Of a stretch of DNA of 53,048 nucleotides, positions 1 to 13,447 are shown piece by piece. Below the pieces are notes generated by a model. The model was not told the DNA's origin. It made no database searches and was given only the letters and a program-made list of their open reading frames with translations. Position 1 is the first letter of the stretch. Every line of letters starts with the position of its first letter. This stretch comes from Balamuthia mandrillaris (taxonomy: Eukaryota). Both the position numbers and the translations under genes were made by a program. The stretch spans positions 310,001 through 363,048 of the forward strand of contig JAVKOQ020000017.1 of NCBI GenBank assembly GCA_031835245.2, read 5' to 3'.

Positions 1-184
1 CGCCGTCTCTCTCTCCCAAAGTAAAATAGCAGTATTTGGCGGTTTCTGCTGCGATGAGAACAACAAGCAACGGGAGGGCACCCGCATTTGCAACGACCTC
101 CTAATTTTGTATCATTTGGATCAATTATTGGTCCCTGTAAAGACCTTTAAGAGAGGAAAGAGTACTCGGCAGAAGGACGGCAGC

Positions 185-2648
185 ATGTTCCAAATACGAA
201 GGAAGAACACTACGGAGGACAAGAAAGCGAAGATTAAGCCAGTAAAGAAGAAGAAGCGAGAAGGCAAAAAGAAAACTAAGGATGGCGGCGATGATGGTAC
301 TGTCTCTTCGCTCCCTCTTTCTTTCTCTCTTGCTGTTTCTTTTACTTAATCTTATTTGCGCTTTTCCTTATATTTCGTCGTTATTTCTCCTCTCTGCTTT
401 TTCTTCTTTCAATAAAATAGGCATCGGTCTACCGTATCAAGTGCAACACACAATTCATGTGGACCAAGATTTCAACTGGACGGGTGGCGAGTCCGTCTTT
501 CAAATTGAAGAAAAATTGGGAGAAGGGTACGCTTTTTCTTTTCAACACGACAAAGAGAGGTCTCCTTTTGGTTAGTGGTGTCAATGTTCTTATTTATTGT
601 GATTTTTCAACCAAAAATAGAGCATATGGAGCAGTGTATAAAGGAAGACAGAAGGAGACGGGCTTCATATTGGCCATCAAAGAGATAAACGACGGTGGGG
701 ACTTTGATGATCTCAAGAAAGAGATCGAAATATTGAAAAGAGTATGAGTATCATCACCCTTTTTTTTCTTTCTTGTTATCTCACCATTCTTTTTCAATGT
801 TAGTGTCGTAACAAACATGTGGTGTGTTATTACGGAACTACCAACGCAAAGAATAACAACAATAACTTATGGGTATGGTATCCTTCCTATATTTTCTCTT
901 CTAGTGCTTACTAAACTGTGTATTCATTGCTAAAAAAGATTTTGATGGAATACTGTTCGGTGGGTTCGGTGAGAGACTTGATCGAAATGTCGGAGCTCAC
1001 GCTTGTAGAAGATCAAGTGGCTTTTATTTGCAGGGAGGCTTTGATGGGACTCGTCTATCTTCACGCACAAAAGATCATTCACAGAGACGTCAAAGCAGCA
1101 AATATCCTGGTTGACTCTGCAGGAACTGTTAAAATTGGTTCGTTTTGTTTTTCTTATCTTCTCATTTATCTCTTTTCTTGCTCTGCCCTTTGTTTTGTTG
1201 TGTTTTTGCGAGGAACCGTCCTTATTCTTATTTTCCAACATTAGCCGATTTTGGAGTATCAGAACAACTTAGCGGAGAAAAGAGCCAAGAACGGATAGGT
1301 ACGCCGCTATGGATGGCGCCTGAGGTCATGCAGAACCGTGAATACGATAGCCGCTGCGACATTTGGTCTCTTGGTATCACTGCCATTGAAATGGCGGACG
1401 GCTTGCCGCCGCGTCACGAGCTCTCGCCTGCTCGTGCCATGCGTCTCATTCCCTCGCAGCCGCCCCCTACTTTGGAGAATCCTGCCGAGTGGTCCGATGA
1501 GTTCAATGCCTTTGTGAAGAGATGTCTTGTGAAAGATCCTACCAACAGGCCTACTGCCATGGACCTGCTCACCGATCCTTTCATCGTTAACGCAAAAGGT
1601 TTTTTTTTGATGTCCTTTATTTTCTGTTTTTAATATTCTTACATTTTTCAAAAAAAAAAAAAAAAAAGGACCGGAAGTGCTGCGCGAACGAATTGTTCAA
1701 GTGATGAAGATTCGCAAAGCACAACGAATGAAGAAGTTGAAAGAAGCAAAAGGAGAAGGAGAGGACGAGGATGACGAGACCAACAGCAGCAACACAACCA
1801 CTACGTCTACCACTACATCCAACCACACTAGCACTCAGGACTCTGCTTTCTCCACGATGGTTGTAGTGGATGGAGAGCAAGGTGAATGTAAACTCAATGA
1901 AGACTTTTCGATCTTCTCCACCGTCATAGTAAATGCCCAAGAACTGGAGGAAGAAGGAGAGGCAGAAGGAGGAGACATGTGGAGCACCGTTCGAGTTCGA
2001 CAAGTGGATGAAGATGAGGAGGATGGATCTGGCAGTGGTGATGCTTTCAGCACTATGGTCGTTCGCGATGACGATGAAGAAGAGGAAGATGAAGATGGTG
2101 GTGACGCGTTTAGCACGATGGTCGTGCGAAAGGCAGATGATGGCGGTGAAGATGATGAAGAAGACGATGACGTCGGCGGTGACGCCTTCAGTACGATTGT
2201 CGTTCGCAAGAAAGTTGTTGAAGAAGAGGCGGACGAAGACGAAGAAGGCGGAGATGCCTTTAGCACAATGGTTGTCACTCGCTCCAACAAAACGGAAGAG
2301 GGAGGAGACGACAGCGCCTTTGATGATGCCGTTCGTCGAAAGTTTTTAGGTCAGCAACAACAAATCGAAAGAAGGACCGAAGAGGAGGAAGAGACCGACT
2401 TTGCGGAAGCTGTTCGAAGAAAGTTTGGCATGATGGGAACAAGCGACAACAACGAAGAAGACGATCAGCCACCTCCTTTGCCTCCACGAACGAAAGGTGG
2501 AAGAAGGAGAGCGGAGAAAATGACGGCGGAGACGATCGAGCTTTTGAGGCCTTTGGTGGAGCGGTACGTAGCTGAAACTGTGGACGCCGTTTTGGAACGA
2601 AAGCTTCAACAAGAGCTGGATGCGCTCCAAAAGAAAGCCTCTGGCTGA
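185..2648 (+). CDS. STE20-family Ser/Thr kinase with N-terminal CRIB-like motif and acidic, repeat-containing C-terminal tail (multi-exon)
   Basis: ATG at 185. Spliced exons give IGLPYQVQHTIHV (CRIB-like), KLGEG/AYGAVYKG, LAIKEI, MEYCSVGSV, IHRDVKAANIL, ADFGVSEQL, IGTPLWMAPEV and DIWSLGITAIEMADGLPP (STE20/GCK signature). The last exon (~1668-2648) has FSTMVV repeats and a coiled-coil-like end; stop TGA at 2646-2648. Confidence 0.92.
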
Positions 2649-2773
2649 CTTTGTTTTTTCTCTCTTCTGCTGTTGTATTTTGTGTACTAAACTAAACTTT
2701 TTTGTTTTTACACCTTTTTTTTTTGGGGGTCCACAAATGAAAGAGAGAACAGTTCTTCAACTTTGTTTTATGT

Positions 2774-3839
2774 TCAGCAGTTGCCACAATCATTCTTCTT
2801 TGCGGGGGTTGGATCTCTCTCGAGGTCAACGGTGCAGGAGAGCAGGTCCACGGGTTCCAGTTTAGCAACGCAGAGGTCACAAACGGCCTCGAAGGCTCTG
2901 TCCACGTTTCTGCCTTCTTTGGCGCTGGTCTCGAAATATCTAAAGTTGTGTTGTTTGCAATAGGCCACGAGGTCCTCTTTGGACACCGCCCGTTGTTCCT
3001 CCAGATCCACTTTGTTGGCAACGATGACCGTTGGGAAGTCTTTGCTGCCCTCTTGACCCACTTGAATCAAGAACGACTCACGCCATGTCTCCAATTCCTA
3101 ATTGTTTCGGGTTGAGTTTTCTTTCTCGCTCTCCTCTTTCCTCTTTCCCTTTCAGTTTGCTTCTCTTCTTCTTTGCTTTCTCTGTTGTTCCTTTCTGGTC
3201 TCTTTGCTGTTGCTTTTTCTTCTTGCGCTCTTTTTTTTTTCTTTTCTTTTCTTTTCGTGCTTTCTCTGGAAGTTGTTTTCTTCGTGTGTATGAAGCAAAC
3301 AACGTACCTCAAAAGACTTTCGGCGCGTTACATCAAAGACAAAGATGACACCGTCTGCACCTCTGTAAAACGCCGTTCCCAAACCTTGGAAGCGTTCCTG
3401 ACCAGCTAAGAATAAAAAGTATGAGAGAGAAGGAGAAGGAAAAAAAAAACGGAGAGGGAGAGAAGGAAGTCCAAACCTGTGTCCCATATTTGACAAGTAA
3501 CCAAGCCTTCGTCCGCTGTTTTTGTTTTTTTAAACAGTTAGAAAGAGGGAGATTAAAGAAGAAGAAGCAAACGCACTCTCTATTTCTTTGGAAAGGAAGT
3601 TGGCGCCGATGGTAGACTTGGTGTTGATGGTAAATTTGTTTTGGACATAGCGCAACAAAAGCGACGTCTAAATCAACAAAGCAAGTGAGAGAGAGAAAAA
3701 GTGGTTAATCATGGGAGAAATAATAGAGGGGCAAAATAAAAACAAATATGGCTCATGTTGCACAGCAAACACAAACCTTTCCTACTCCAGAGTCTCCCAG
3801 AACCAACAGCTTCAACAAAATCTTGCGTTTGGAGGCCAT
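2774..3839 (-). CDS. Rab GTPase, Rab7-like (multi-exon)
   Basis: [71 protein letters not shown]; Cys-containing C-terminus KKNDCGNC. Confidence 0.92.
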
Positions 3840-3940
3840 CCCGCTTGCTGTTTTTTTTCTTTACTTCTCTATTTTTTCTTTCGTTGCTTTTTATTTTACG
3901 TAAATTTCTTTTAATTAATTAACAAAAAATTTTGCGAAGA

Positions 3941-3980
3941 AAAAATAAAATAAAATAAAATAAAATAAAATAAAATAAAA
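3941..3980. repeat. (AAAAT)n tract between the HECT gene 3' end and the Rab 5' region
   Basis: About 8 perfect TAAAA units read directly. Confidence 0.8.
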
Positions 3981-4034
3981 GCTTTATCATATTAAAGGCG
4001 TGTAAACCCACCATCCCATCACCATCTCAACTCT

Positions 4035-7000
4035 CTAACCATCAAGATCGTACTCCACGCCCACGCTGATGGCATAGAGCAGCTTGCTGCGGAGGGCCTC
4101 CTTGGTGGTGTAGGCGGGGAGGTCCAGGCCGAAGCTGCAGGTGTGGGCCTTGGGCAGGAAGTTGTCCACCGGTTGGCCGCGCGGCGTGCGGTAGGCCTCC
4201 AGGTTGAACTTTTGGGTGAACTCGGCGGAGGTGGCGGGGATGCTCTCCCGCCCCCACACGAACACCAGGAACTTGCGCTTCTGCTCGGGGGTGAACTCGG
4301 AGAGCACGTTCCAGAACATCACCACCTCCTTGGCCGTTGCGCTTATGCCGTACCCATAGTGCGTGTTTCTCTGTTTGTTTTTTTTTTTTGTTTTAACAAA
4401 TAGTTTAAATAACGTATAAAACGAGAAACAAAAAATAAAAAAAAAGGAAGGAGCAAAACCTTTAACATTTCGACGTCAATGTCGCGATCACCGCAAACGA
4501 GGCGTTCCAACTCAGGAGCGGTGAAGAGACAAACGGCGGAGGAGGGAGTGATGGAGGCAAGGCCTTCCCTCATGCTGCGGATGGCTCCCTCGAATTCTTG
4601 AGTCTTGTACGCTTGCACCAGTTCCACATATTCTTCTCTGTTCTCCCATCTTTCATTTTTGTTTTTGGTTTTAAAGACGTCAATGAAAAAGATAAGGAGT
4701 GAGGAGAAGAGAATAGTTACGTGACAGGGATGTCGGCACCGCCTTCGACGAGTTCGACTTCTCTGCCATCAGCTGAGTTGGTGGTGAACGTTAGGAAGAT
4801 AAGATCACCAAACATTTCCTCGGTGATACCCTCCTTCTCCAAGTTGCGTAGCGTCTCTAAGCTCTTTACTCCCATCAGGTCCACTCCTTCTAAGTCCTCT
4901 AGTGTTATCCTTACTCCATCTCCTACCTATAATAGAGAGAGAAAATCAGGAAAGAAAAGAAAGAGCACAGCAAGAGAAGAAGGAGTTTAAACAAACCAAA
5001 AGCTTCCAAACGAGAGGAGCAAGGTCAAGGGCAACAGCCGTGGTGCTGGAGCCAGAGCGCAGAGCCATGCCCAACAGCCTTCCCACGAAATTAAAGAGGG
5101 ACAGATGGAAGGGGGAATTGGCGGATGGATTTGGGATGAGACACCCCTGGTGCTTTCCAATCTTGTGTTTAGTGTTGGGGCTTTCTATGAACAACGGCTG
5201 CTCTGATTGTATGGCCACTGTCTTCAAGTCTGTGCAGATTTGAGTGAAGCACTCACGATAAGGGCCACCTTTTGAGATGTTATTAATCTCAATAACAAAG
5301 AGAAGATGCAAGAGAAAAAGTAAGAAGAAAAAAATTTAGTAAGAGTTACCCGCATCAGTTGCTCTTTCGCCTATGAGCTTGACTTTGAAGGGCTGACGTC
5401 TGGTGCAGCGGAATGAGTCAGGACGGAGCGGTTGCAACTGTTTATAAGCCTGCAGCAACAAACACTGTTTCTCCGGATCATCTGATCAAAGACGATAAAT
5501 CAAAAAGAGAATAGGAAAGTAGAAGCCAACAGAAAAAAAGAAAGGGCTGATAAATAACAAACCAGTAGCATCTTGTCGGGAAAGATGAATATGAGGCATA
5601 TCATAGTAGCCTCCACTGCTGCGGTTGTTTAACACATTATTATAGTGCTTAAGCTTAACCATCATAAACAGCTTGTGGCGAGCTTGACAAGCTTGTTGAG
5701 CAATGCTGCGCCAGCGAGGATGAGCCCAAGGGCATGCTTCACCTCCTTGTTCTTGGGGTTCATTCGACTCGTTGTTACTTGCGCTTCCGTTTGTAGAGGT
5801 AGAAGAAGAGATTTGGTGGTTATCAAATGTGAAACCAGATGTAATGGCGTTCATCATCTTGGTGTTGTAATAGCGAAGCAATGTATAACGTTTACGAAGA
5901 AGCTCCAAAGAGATGCCGGAGAGGAGAGGGTATTTGAGGAGATCGTTGGAATTGGGCATGAGGAGTTCGCTCGGATGCAAAGAAGCGGAGAGATCTTGCA
6001 CGTCCAAATGTGTCAGTATCTGTTCGACATACTGCACTATCTGTTCGTCAAGTGAATCTGGTACCTCGGAAAACCATTGATTCACAGTTTGCATTGCGAC
6101 GATGATATTCTCTGCTGGAGAGTCGGAAAAGAGTTCGTCGTCATCATCGTTTTCTTCTTTGTCCTTTTCTTTCTTTTCCTCTTTGTCTTCTTCCATTTTG
6201 TCTTTGTTAAGAGAAGCAGGTGTTGAATCGACTTCAGAAAGGAGAGCTTTCTCTATGCTCTCGGTTGATAATATTGGCTTGATGACATAACGGAAGCCCC
6301 ATGGTCCTCCTGCTCACGTATTAAACCATAATAAGCACGAAAGGAAGGAAAGCAGGTAGAAAGGAATCATACCGAAAGCAGTTTGAGAAAGGAGTGGTTG
6401 AACTAGCTGTTGCTGTGGACTAAGAGGGCGCGGAAATTTGAGGAAAATGTGAGAGGAGCCTTGATGCCAACTGTTTTTAGTCTCGCATGTTTCGCACAAG
6501 GTATAATTGCAGTGGCCACACTCGAAACGAGCTCCAGCAAAGTCCTCCGCACGACATACCCTGCATACTGCTCCTTTGTGGCATTGAGCAGAAGCAGAGG
6601 CACCATCACTGGTTCCTTCGCTCTCCTCTTTCTTCTCTTCTTCGACTGTTTAACAAACACATGGTAAATAGACGCATACAATAGACACGTCCAAGAAAGA
6701 AAATATGAATGAACTAGCAACAAAAAGAAAGATAGAAACAATGACGAGGTGGGGATGGCACGCACCCATATCAAAGGACAAGGGTCCAGTACTTAGGCTG
6801 CCAGAAATAGTGCCACGTAGTTTCGCAAAGACGTGTTTTGCGGGATGCTGGTACTCGCCTTTGCTCTCGCATTCGCTGCACAGGTTGTATGGATCGGTAC
6901 ACGTTACGCAACGATAGCAAATGCCTTCAATGGCCACTTTTCCACAATGAGCACAAGAGCTGTCCGTGTGAATTGTTTCTTTTTTGAATAAGAGGAAAGT

Positions 7001-7536
7001 AAGTTTTGAGCGGAACAAAATAAGAATCCAAAAAAAAATAAATAAATAGGATTGTGAGAAGTACATACTCGAGCTGGGGGTAAAGCGAATGAATACACCT
7101 TCAGACGATATGTTGGACTGTAAAGAAAAGTTTAACTTGCTTTTTTTTTACGCAAAAAGGAGATAGGGGAGTAAAGAAGCAAAAAGATAGGGAGTGAGGA
7201 GAGGAAGAAAGATGACTTACCGTGCCACGGAGTTCAATTGCTTTATCATCATCAAAGCCAGAAGGGGAAAAAGTGATCCGATTTCCCCAATTGATGTCGA
7301 AGCGAGGATCCGAACTGAATTCCAATGAAGCAGCTCCTGGGATTTCCACATACTGTTCCCAAGTGTCCATTTCAAGAGGATGGTTACTCTCTATCACAAC
7401 TTCCTTGTTGGCTAATACAGGTGCAAACACAGTGAGCGGCAATGATTCTCGTTTGTTGAAATGTCTCAACATGTAACCTATTTCTAACATGTCCCATACT
7501 CGCTGTTGAGTTGGTCGAAAGGCTTAGTGCGATGTT

Positions 7537-7570
<34 letters not shown>

Positions 7571-10500
7571 GAGAGAGTGAGAGAGAGGTGGTCTTACTGT
7601 GTTCGTTTTCAACGCGCCAATGGTCTTCTGCCAATCAGCCTCCTCCCAGCTTACCTTCGTCGTTATGTGTGTGTCGTTGAGTTCCTTCTCCTTGCCTTTA
7701 TCTGTCTCTCGTGCATCCACTGCTGCGTTGTTGGAATGTTCCAGCAGGCGATACTGTCGTCTCCGTTGCAAGGCGATGGTCAATGCGACCACCATTTCAC
7801 AAAGAGCAGAACAGTATAGCAAGTTATCTTTAGTTCGAGGATTGATGCGCCACAGTTCGCCGGGAGAGGCAAGACGATGATATAACTTGAGCAAAGGACC
7901 AGAGAAGAGCTCGTCCAACAAAGTCCAGAGCTCTGGATTGACTTTTCTTAGAGCCGGTTCTTGTTTTGCGTCAGCAGTTGGAGGGTAACACAATTGCTCC
8001 AAGTTTTGAATGGTTCTGATGAGCCAACGGGCGGTGATTACGTTAAAAGGTGCACAACGGTCCAACGTATAGTCCGCCAGTAGACGAATGAACTCCTCCG
8101 AATAAATAAACGCTGCGGCCGAGCTAATGGTTGGTTTAGCTGCCGAAGACTCTTCCTTTTCTTTTTGTTTATCCTTATCTCCCTCTCCCTCCTTGCCTTG
8201 TTTGGCATCAGAGCCTTCTAAGAAAGACTTAGTGTCATCGCAGCGATGATAGAGGAGTTGCACGATCCAAAAGGAAAGCGTGAAGTTGAACGGGGAAAGA
8301 GCTTGCCAGTCATCCAATACCAGCAAATCGTTCGGAAGAAACGCGAACGAGATGCTATAATCGCCTTGGTCTTTGTCTTCCTCTCCAGTTTCGGAATTGT
8401 AGACAACGTGCTTGACCCACACCTCGCTACAATTGAGCCTGACAGGGGTGTTAGTATTGTGAGAACAAAAATCGAGCCGTTTGACCAGTTCAGTGCAGGA
8501 TGGATCCTTAAAAAAGTGAACTTCCGCTCCTACATTTTGGAAATACAGAGAAAACAGAAAAGATAATGAGTACTCCACAGAAGAACAACCCGAAGATGGA
8601 GAAGGGATTTAAAAATAAAGCATAACGCGAATGAGAAAAACGAAGCCCATACCAGTTTTGTGAGAACTATAGTTATTGAAAATGATGGCAATACCTCCAC
8701 CCCCACCAACGCTTACTTTGGCGGTGACGCCACATTTCGGCAGAGTAACCGTACCAAGAGATGGAAAGAAGGTCTGATGGCTTTCCGCTTTCTTTTCGGT
8801 GGTCTCCCTATACTTCTTGACCTCTGTGCTAAAAGTTTGCATGGAGCGAAGATTGAGCTTGCAGTAGTCCACAAGAGAAACGAACAGCGGATCGACGTCT
8901 GTCCAAAGATCGACCCACTTCTGACTTTCAGCTTCATCTTCAGAAGCAAACAGCCGACAAGATATGCAAAGAGAAAGAGAACATAAACGTCAGGAATGAA
9001 AAAAAAAAAACATTAAGGTTTGTTGCACGCTACCTTCTTTAGATTCGGAGATTTTAGGAGGAGTCGTACTGGACTTGTTGAGTCGAACAGGTTGCGAGAT
9101 AAGTTCCTCCAAGAATGGAGTAAAAGCTGCAAGCCCATCTTGTACGACTGGTTCTGTCGGTTTAGAAGAGTAAGAATCTATCTTGTTCCAATCGGAAGAG
9201 AGCAGCCTCGCGCCAAGAGGAATTAATGGTAGAGTGATATGCTTAGCAGCCAACAGTTGCAGAAATTTGATTAGACGGTCGTTAGAGCCAAAGGCATGTG
9301 TCATGGTCTTGCTAAGATGCGATGTGTTTGTGCGCGGTTCTTTTGGTGTCGTTGCCATCCAATATTGCTCTCTTTCCATCAACACTTGGCCCATTATTTG
9401 TCGCGCATAAATGACCGACAATTGGCTATCGGCTTGCATTCCTATTGATGCAAGAAAGGGTAGATGAGAGTATCAACAAAACAACCAGTAGAAGAATGAT
9501 GATGCGATCCTACCGATTGTTTGCAAGCGTTCTTTCTTGGCTGAAAACAGCTTGTCGTCAGGATGGTAGACATATTTGGAGGGGGCGTGGATGTCATTAT
9601 TGGAGAACCACCACTGTTCCAGAATTCCAGTTTCCGTATCATAGAATTGAACTTGGATGCGCCTTTTCATTTTAAGCATCACATAACCAGTCTTTCCAGC
9701 ACAGGGAATATCCTACATACAAAACAGAAGATAAATAGGAAAAATACTAGTTATTGAATCAAAAGCATAAAGAACGGAAGAAGCGCAAAGAAAGAAATAT
9801 GAAGTGCATGAATAGAAAATAAAAATAAAAGCAAACCTCGCCTTGATTTTTCTCGTGTTCTCTTTTTCTGATACGGAGAACCATGCCCTTTTGTAATTGT
9901 GGCAAATCTTGCTCTATCATGTTAACAGGAATGATACCTCCGTTTTCCTCATCATCGCTATCCTCATCGCTATCTTCATCTTCGTCAATAACGTTTTGTC
10001 TTCGTCGGCGAGCAATTGCAGTTGGTTCCTCTTCACCCACCAGTTCGTCTTCTTCCGCTTCGTCGTCAATCATTTCTGAGCTGATCACATTATTATTGTT
10101 GGTATTTGGTAACTCTTCGATGGGTGGCTCGTCATTATCAGCAGAGTCCATTCGATAATTGTAACTGCGATAGCCGTTTTCGAATTTCTTCCAAGTGGCT
10201 CTATCCAGCACAGGGCCAAATTCAACAGTCGCTTCAACCTGTTTCTCGTTTGCTTGCTCATCCGATTTCTCTGAGGTTTTGTCTTTGCCTTCATCTTTTC
10301 CGCTCTCATTATTTCCTTCCAGTTCCATTTCTTGCGGAGACAAATCCAAAATATCTTGAATATCTCCATCAGGCACTTGATTGAACAAAAGTTTCAAGTC
10401 AAACGACGGAAGGAAAAAAGAAGGTGATGTGGAAACAGAAGCCACGGAGGAGGAAGCATAAGTAGAGGATATATCTTTGTCTGCGTCCTCGTCGCGCCAT

Positions 10501-11362
10501 CGCCGCTTGCGATTGCTAAGCATGCGAGGCTCATCGTCAAGCGTAAAGTCTTCGTCGTCCTCATCCACCTTCTTTTTCTTGGATTTTCTCGAAGTACTCT
10601 TCTTCTGCTTCTGCTTCTGCTTCTTCTTTGAGGAGGCCTTGTCTTTTTTCTTGCTTTGCTTCTCGTTGTTTTCTTCAACTGCTTTTTGTTCCTTTGTTGT
10701 CCTATACCGAAGTTCATGAAGCAGTCTTTCCGCTTGCATTGAAGCGCTTTCCAAATGGAAAGTGGACAAAACCTCGTTCTTTTGGACTCCCTGCGCCGCA
10801 AACGCTGCTAACTTGTTTGTCCAGCCTGAATTAATTAAATGATCAGTTTGTATACAGCAAAGATATGGCGAAGGAAGAAAGAAAAGATACCTTGAGCGAG
10901 GAGAGGCGCCATAACTTGAGAATGATTGGAAAGGATGTCGCAAAGTGCCTTAAACGAGAAACTTCGAAGCTTGATGTAAAGGAATAACCTTGCTTTGCGA
11001 TCCGCCAAGTTCTCCACAACTTGGGTCTTTTCTTTGCCTTTGAGGGAAGATGAAGGAGGACAACCAAAGAAAGCCCCCACAACGCTGAGCAACGGCGTTA
11101 TCAGGGAGGTCAGGTCACAGCTTTTTGTTGGCGTGTCAGCAAATGGACGCAGCTTAGAAACTTCGCATTCCATTGTTACAGGAGAACCCTCCACCTTCAC
11201 TGGCACTATCGCCATTTGGGGAGAGTAGCTGAGTATGCGACCCTTTTGTACTACTCCTTCGCTCATATGAATTTCTACTCGAGCGCCCTTACGCAAGAGA
11301 TTTTTGTTACCACCTATTCTTGAAAACAAGCAGACATGACACTTCCGTCAAAAGGACCAATC

Positions 11363-11401
<39 letters not shown>

Positions 11402-11402
11402 G

Positions 11403-11454
<52 letters not shown>

Positions 11455-13407
11455 ACTGACCGATAATGCACAGGGCAGCGAGGGCAAACCAGACGTGCTC
11501 TGTAGAGTGTGGCGTCTGTTCACAACGAGAGAGGGCCAATATTATGGTAGGTAGTCGCTCCAAGCATTCCCTTAGTAGAGTGGCAATGGAGTCTTTCCAC
11601 ATGGAAGGAGCTGAGGGTTGAAGCAGCACTCGTATTAAACTTATAACCTCTTCCGCCAAACTTAGCATGGAGAATCCCGAGTTCCATGGCTTTCTGTAAA
11701 CTTTTCCTGTATTTATTCAAAATGTCGTGTTAGTTAAATCATTTTTGCAGTTGGTTAGTACATTTCGTTGTGATTCATTTTTTTTTTTGAATAACGACAT
11801 ACCTGGTGGCAGTTCGCTTGCTTTGACGGGATCTCCTTCGTAGAGGGCTTCTCCGTTTTCTATCTGTTTTTTCCTGGCTTTTGCAGTTTTCTTTGGTGGG
11901 TGTCGGTAGGTAACGCGGTGGTCTTTAGCGCGCTTGCGACAATTCTCACCAAGCTCGCACACTTTGGTGTCAACATTAGTTTGTGGGTCTAACGAAAACT
12001 ACAGAAAAATAGAGCTACCAAAACAAACACAAAACCAATACACACCTGGGAGCTCCTCAACGCGGAGTCTTTGAACCTCTTGTTTGCTAAGTGGTTGGAA
12101 TAAGTCGATGCCCTCCTTTTCCAAGTCCAATTGTTCATCGGGATTAAACACAGCAACAGATGGATAATACGCTTTTCCCACGCTTTGCAATAAAAGGGGT
12201 ATGAATCCAGCAGCAACGCTTGTTGAACGGTCAACGTTTTCTTGCTGCTCTTTGTCTTTTTCTTGTGCTTCGTTTTCTTTCTGCTTAGTAGAAGCACGAC
12301 GGCGTTTAATCGCAGGACTTGAGTTTTGTTCTTTCTTTTTCTCTGAAGACGAAGATGGTGTTGAGGTAGTAGCAGGTGAAGTTACGAGTAAGGCAACAGA
12401 AGTAGCATCCAACAAAGGCAGAAAACGTCTGCAAAGGCGAAGATTGATGGTTTGAACCCGAGGCGTGCCCAGTCCTTCCTGAACCAAAGAAAGCACAAAG
12501 GAACAGAGGCGCAGACAGCCACGATTCTGATTGGCCAAAAAGTAGGACTTGCTGCTGTCAAAGTGGCTGTTGAGCAGCGCGAGAGAGTCGAAGATGAAGC
12601 GATCCATGTTGCGAATGAGAATGTTGTTGAGCGGATCGTTGCGAAGGGAGTGAGGGGTCTCTTTCCACATGTTTTGTTGGTAGCGAGTTTCCAGGAGAGA
12701 GGCATAACGCTTCATGAAGGCTACTTCGCGCTCCAAAAGGTTGAACAACATTTCAAAGATTCGCTCTTGCAACGCTCTGACTTGCTCATTCTCTTGGAAT
12801 GAAACGGTTTCTCCTTTGTTGTTCTTGTCGTGGACGTCATTAGAAACAACATTCATAGCATTATCTTCTGCTGCCTCTTCTTCGTCGTGGTCAGAAACAA
12901 CTTGATAACCCAGACCTAAACGAGCCAAGAACAAGAACAATGTCCATGCCGATTCCAATGTCTGTAACTGTTGTTCGTGATCTGCATGCTGCGTTTTGGT
13001 CGTGCTTTTAGCGGAGGAAGATGAGGAAGAAGAAGGGCTAGATCTGTGTGTTCGTCTTTGTCTCTTGGAGCTACGCGGTTTAGTTTCTTGCTCTGTTTCA
13101 TCATTTAGTTCAACGTCTTCCTGAAGGATGAGTTGCACAAAGTCATCGCGTTGTTGATAGATGAGCTTTATGAGGAACTCCAAAACTCCGCTCTCAATCA
13201 GCATCTTAGCATCGCTGGCCTTTGTAAAGAACATTGTCAAAGAGTTGAGAACCAGTAAAACAAGCGGAGTATTGTCTCTGTGTGCTTCCAGGAAAGACGC
13301 CAGCAGAGAAAGCAAAGGCAGTAATGCTTCCTCCACTGCAGCTACCAACATTTTGCCTGAGCTCTGTATTCATCGTCACATTTTAAGTTTAACCAATATT
13401 AACCAAG

Positions 13408-13447
<40 letters not shown>

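Noticed and set aside
2030..2280. Regularly spaced ~25-30 nt repeats resembling a CRISPR array
   Set aside because: The units vary at synonymous positions and encode DAFSTMVV in a eukaryotic exon. No cas genes are present.
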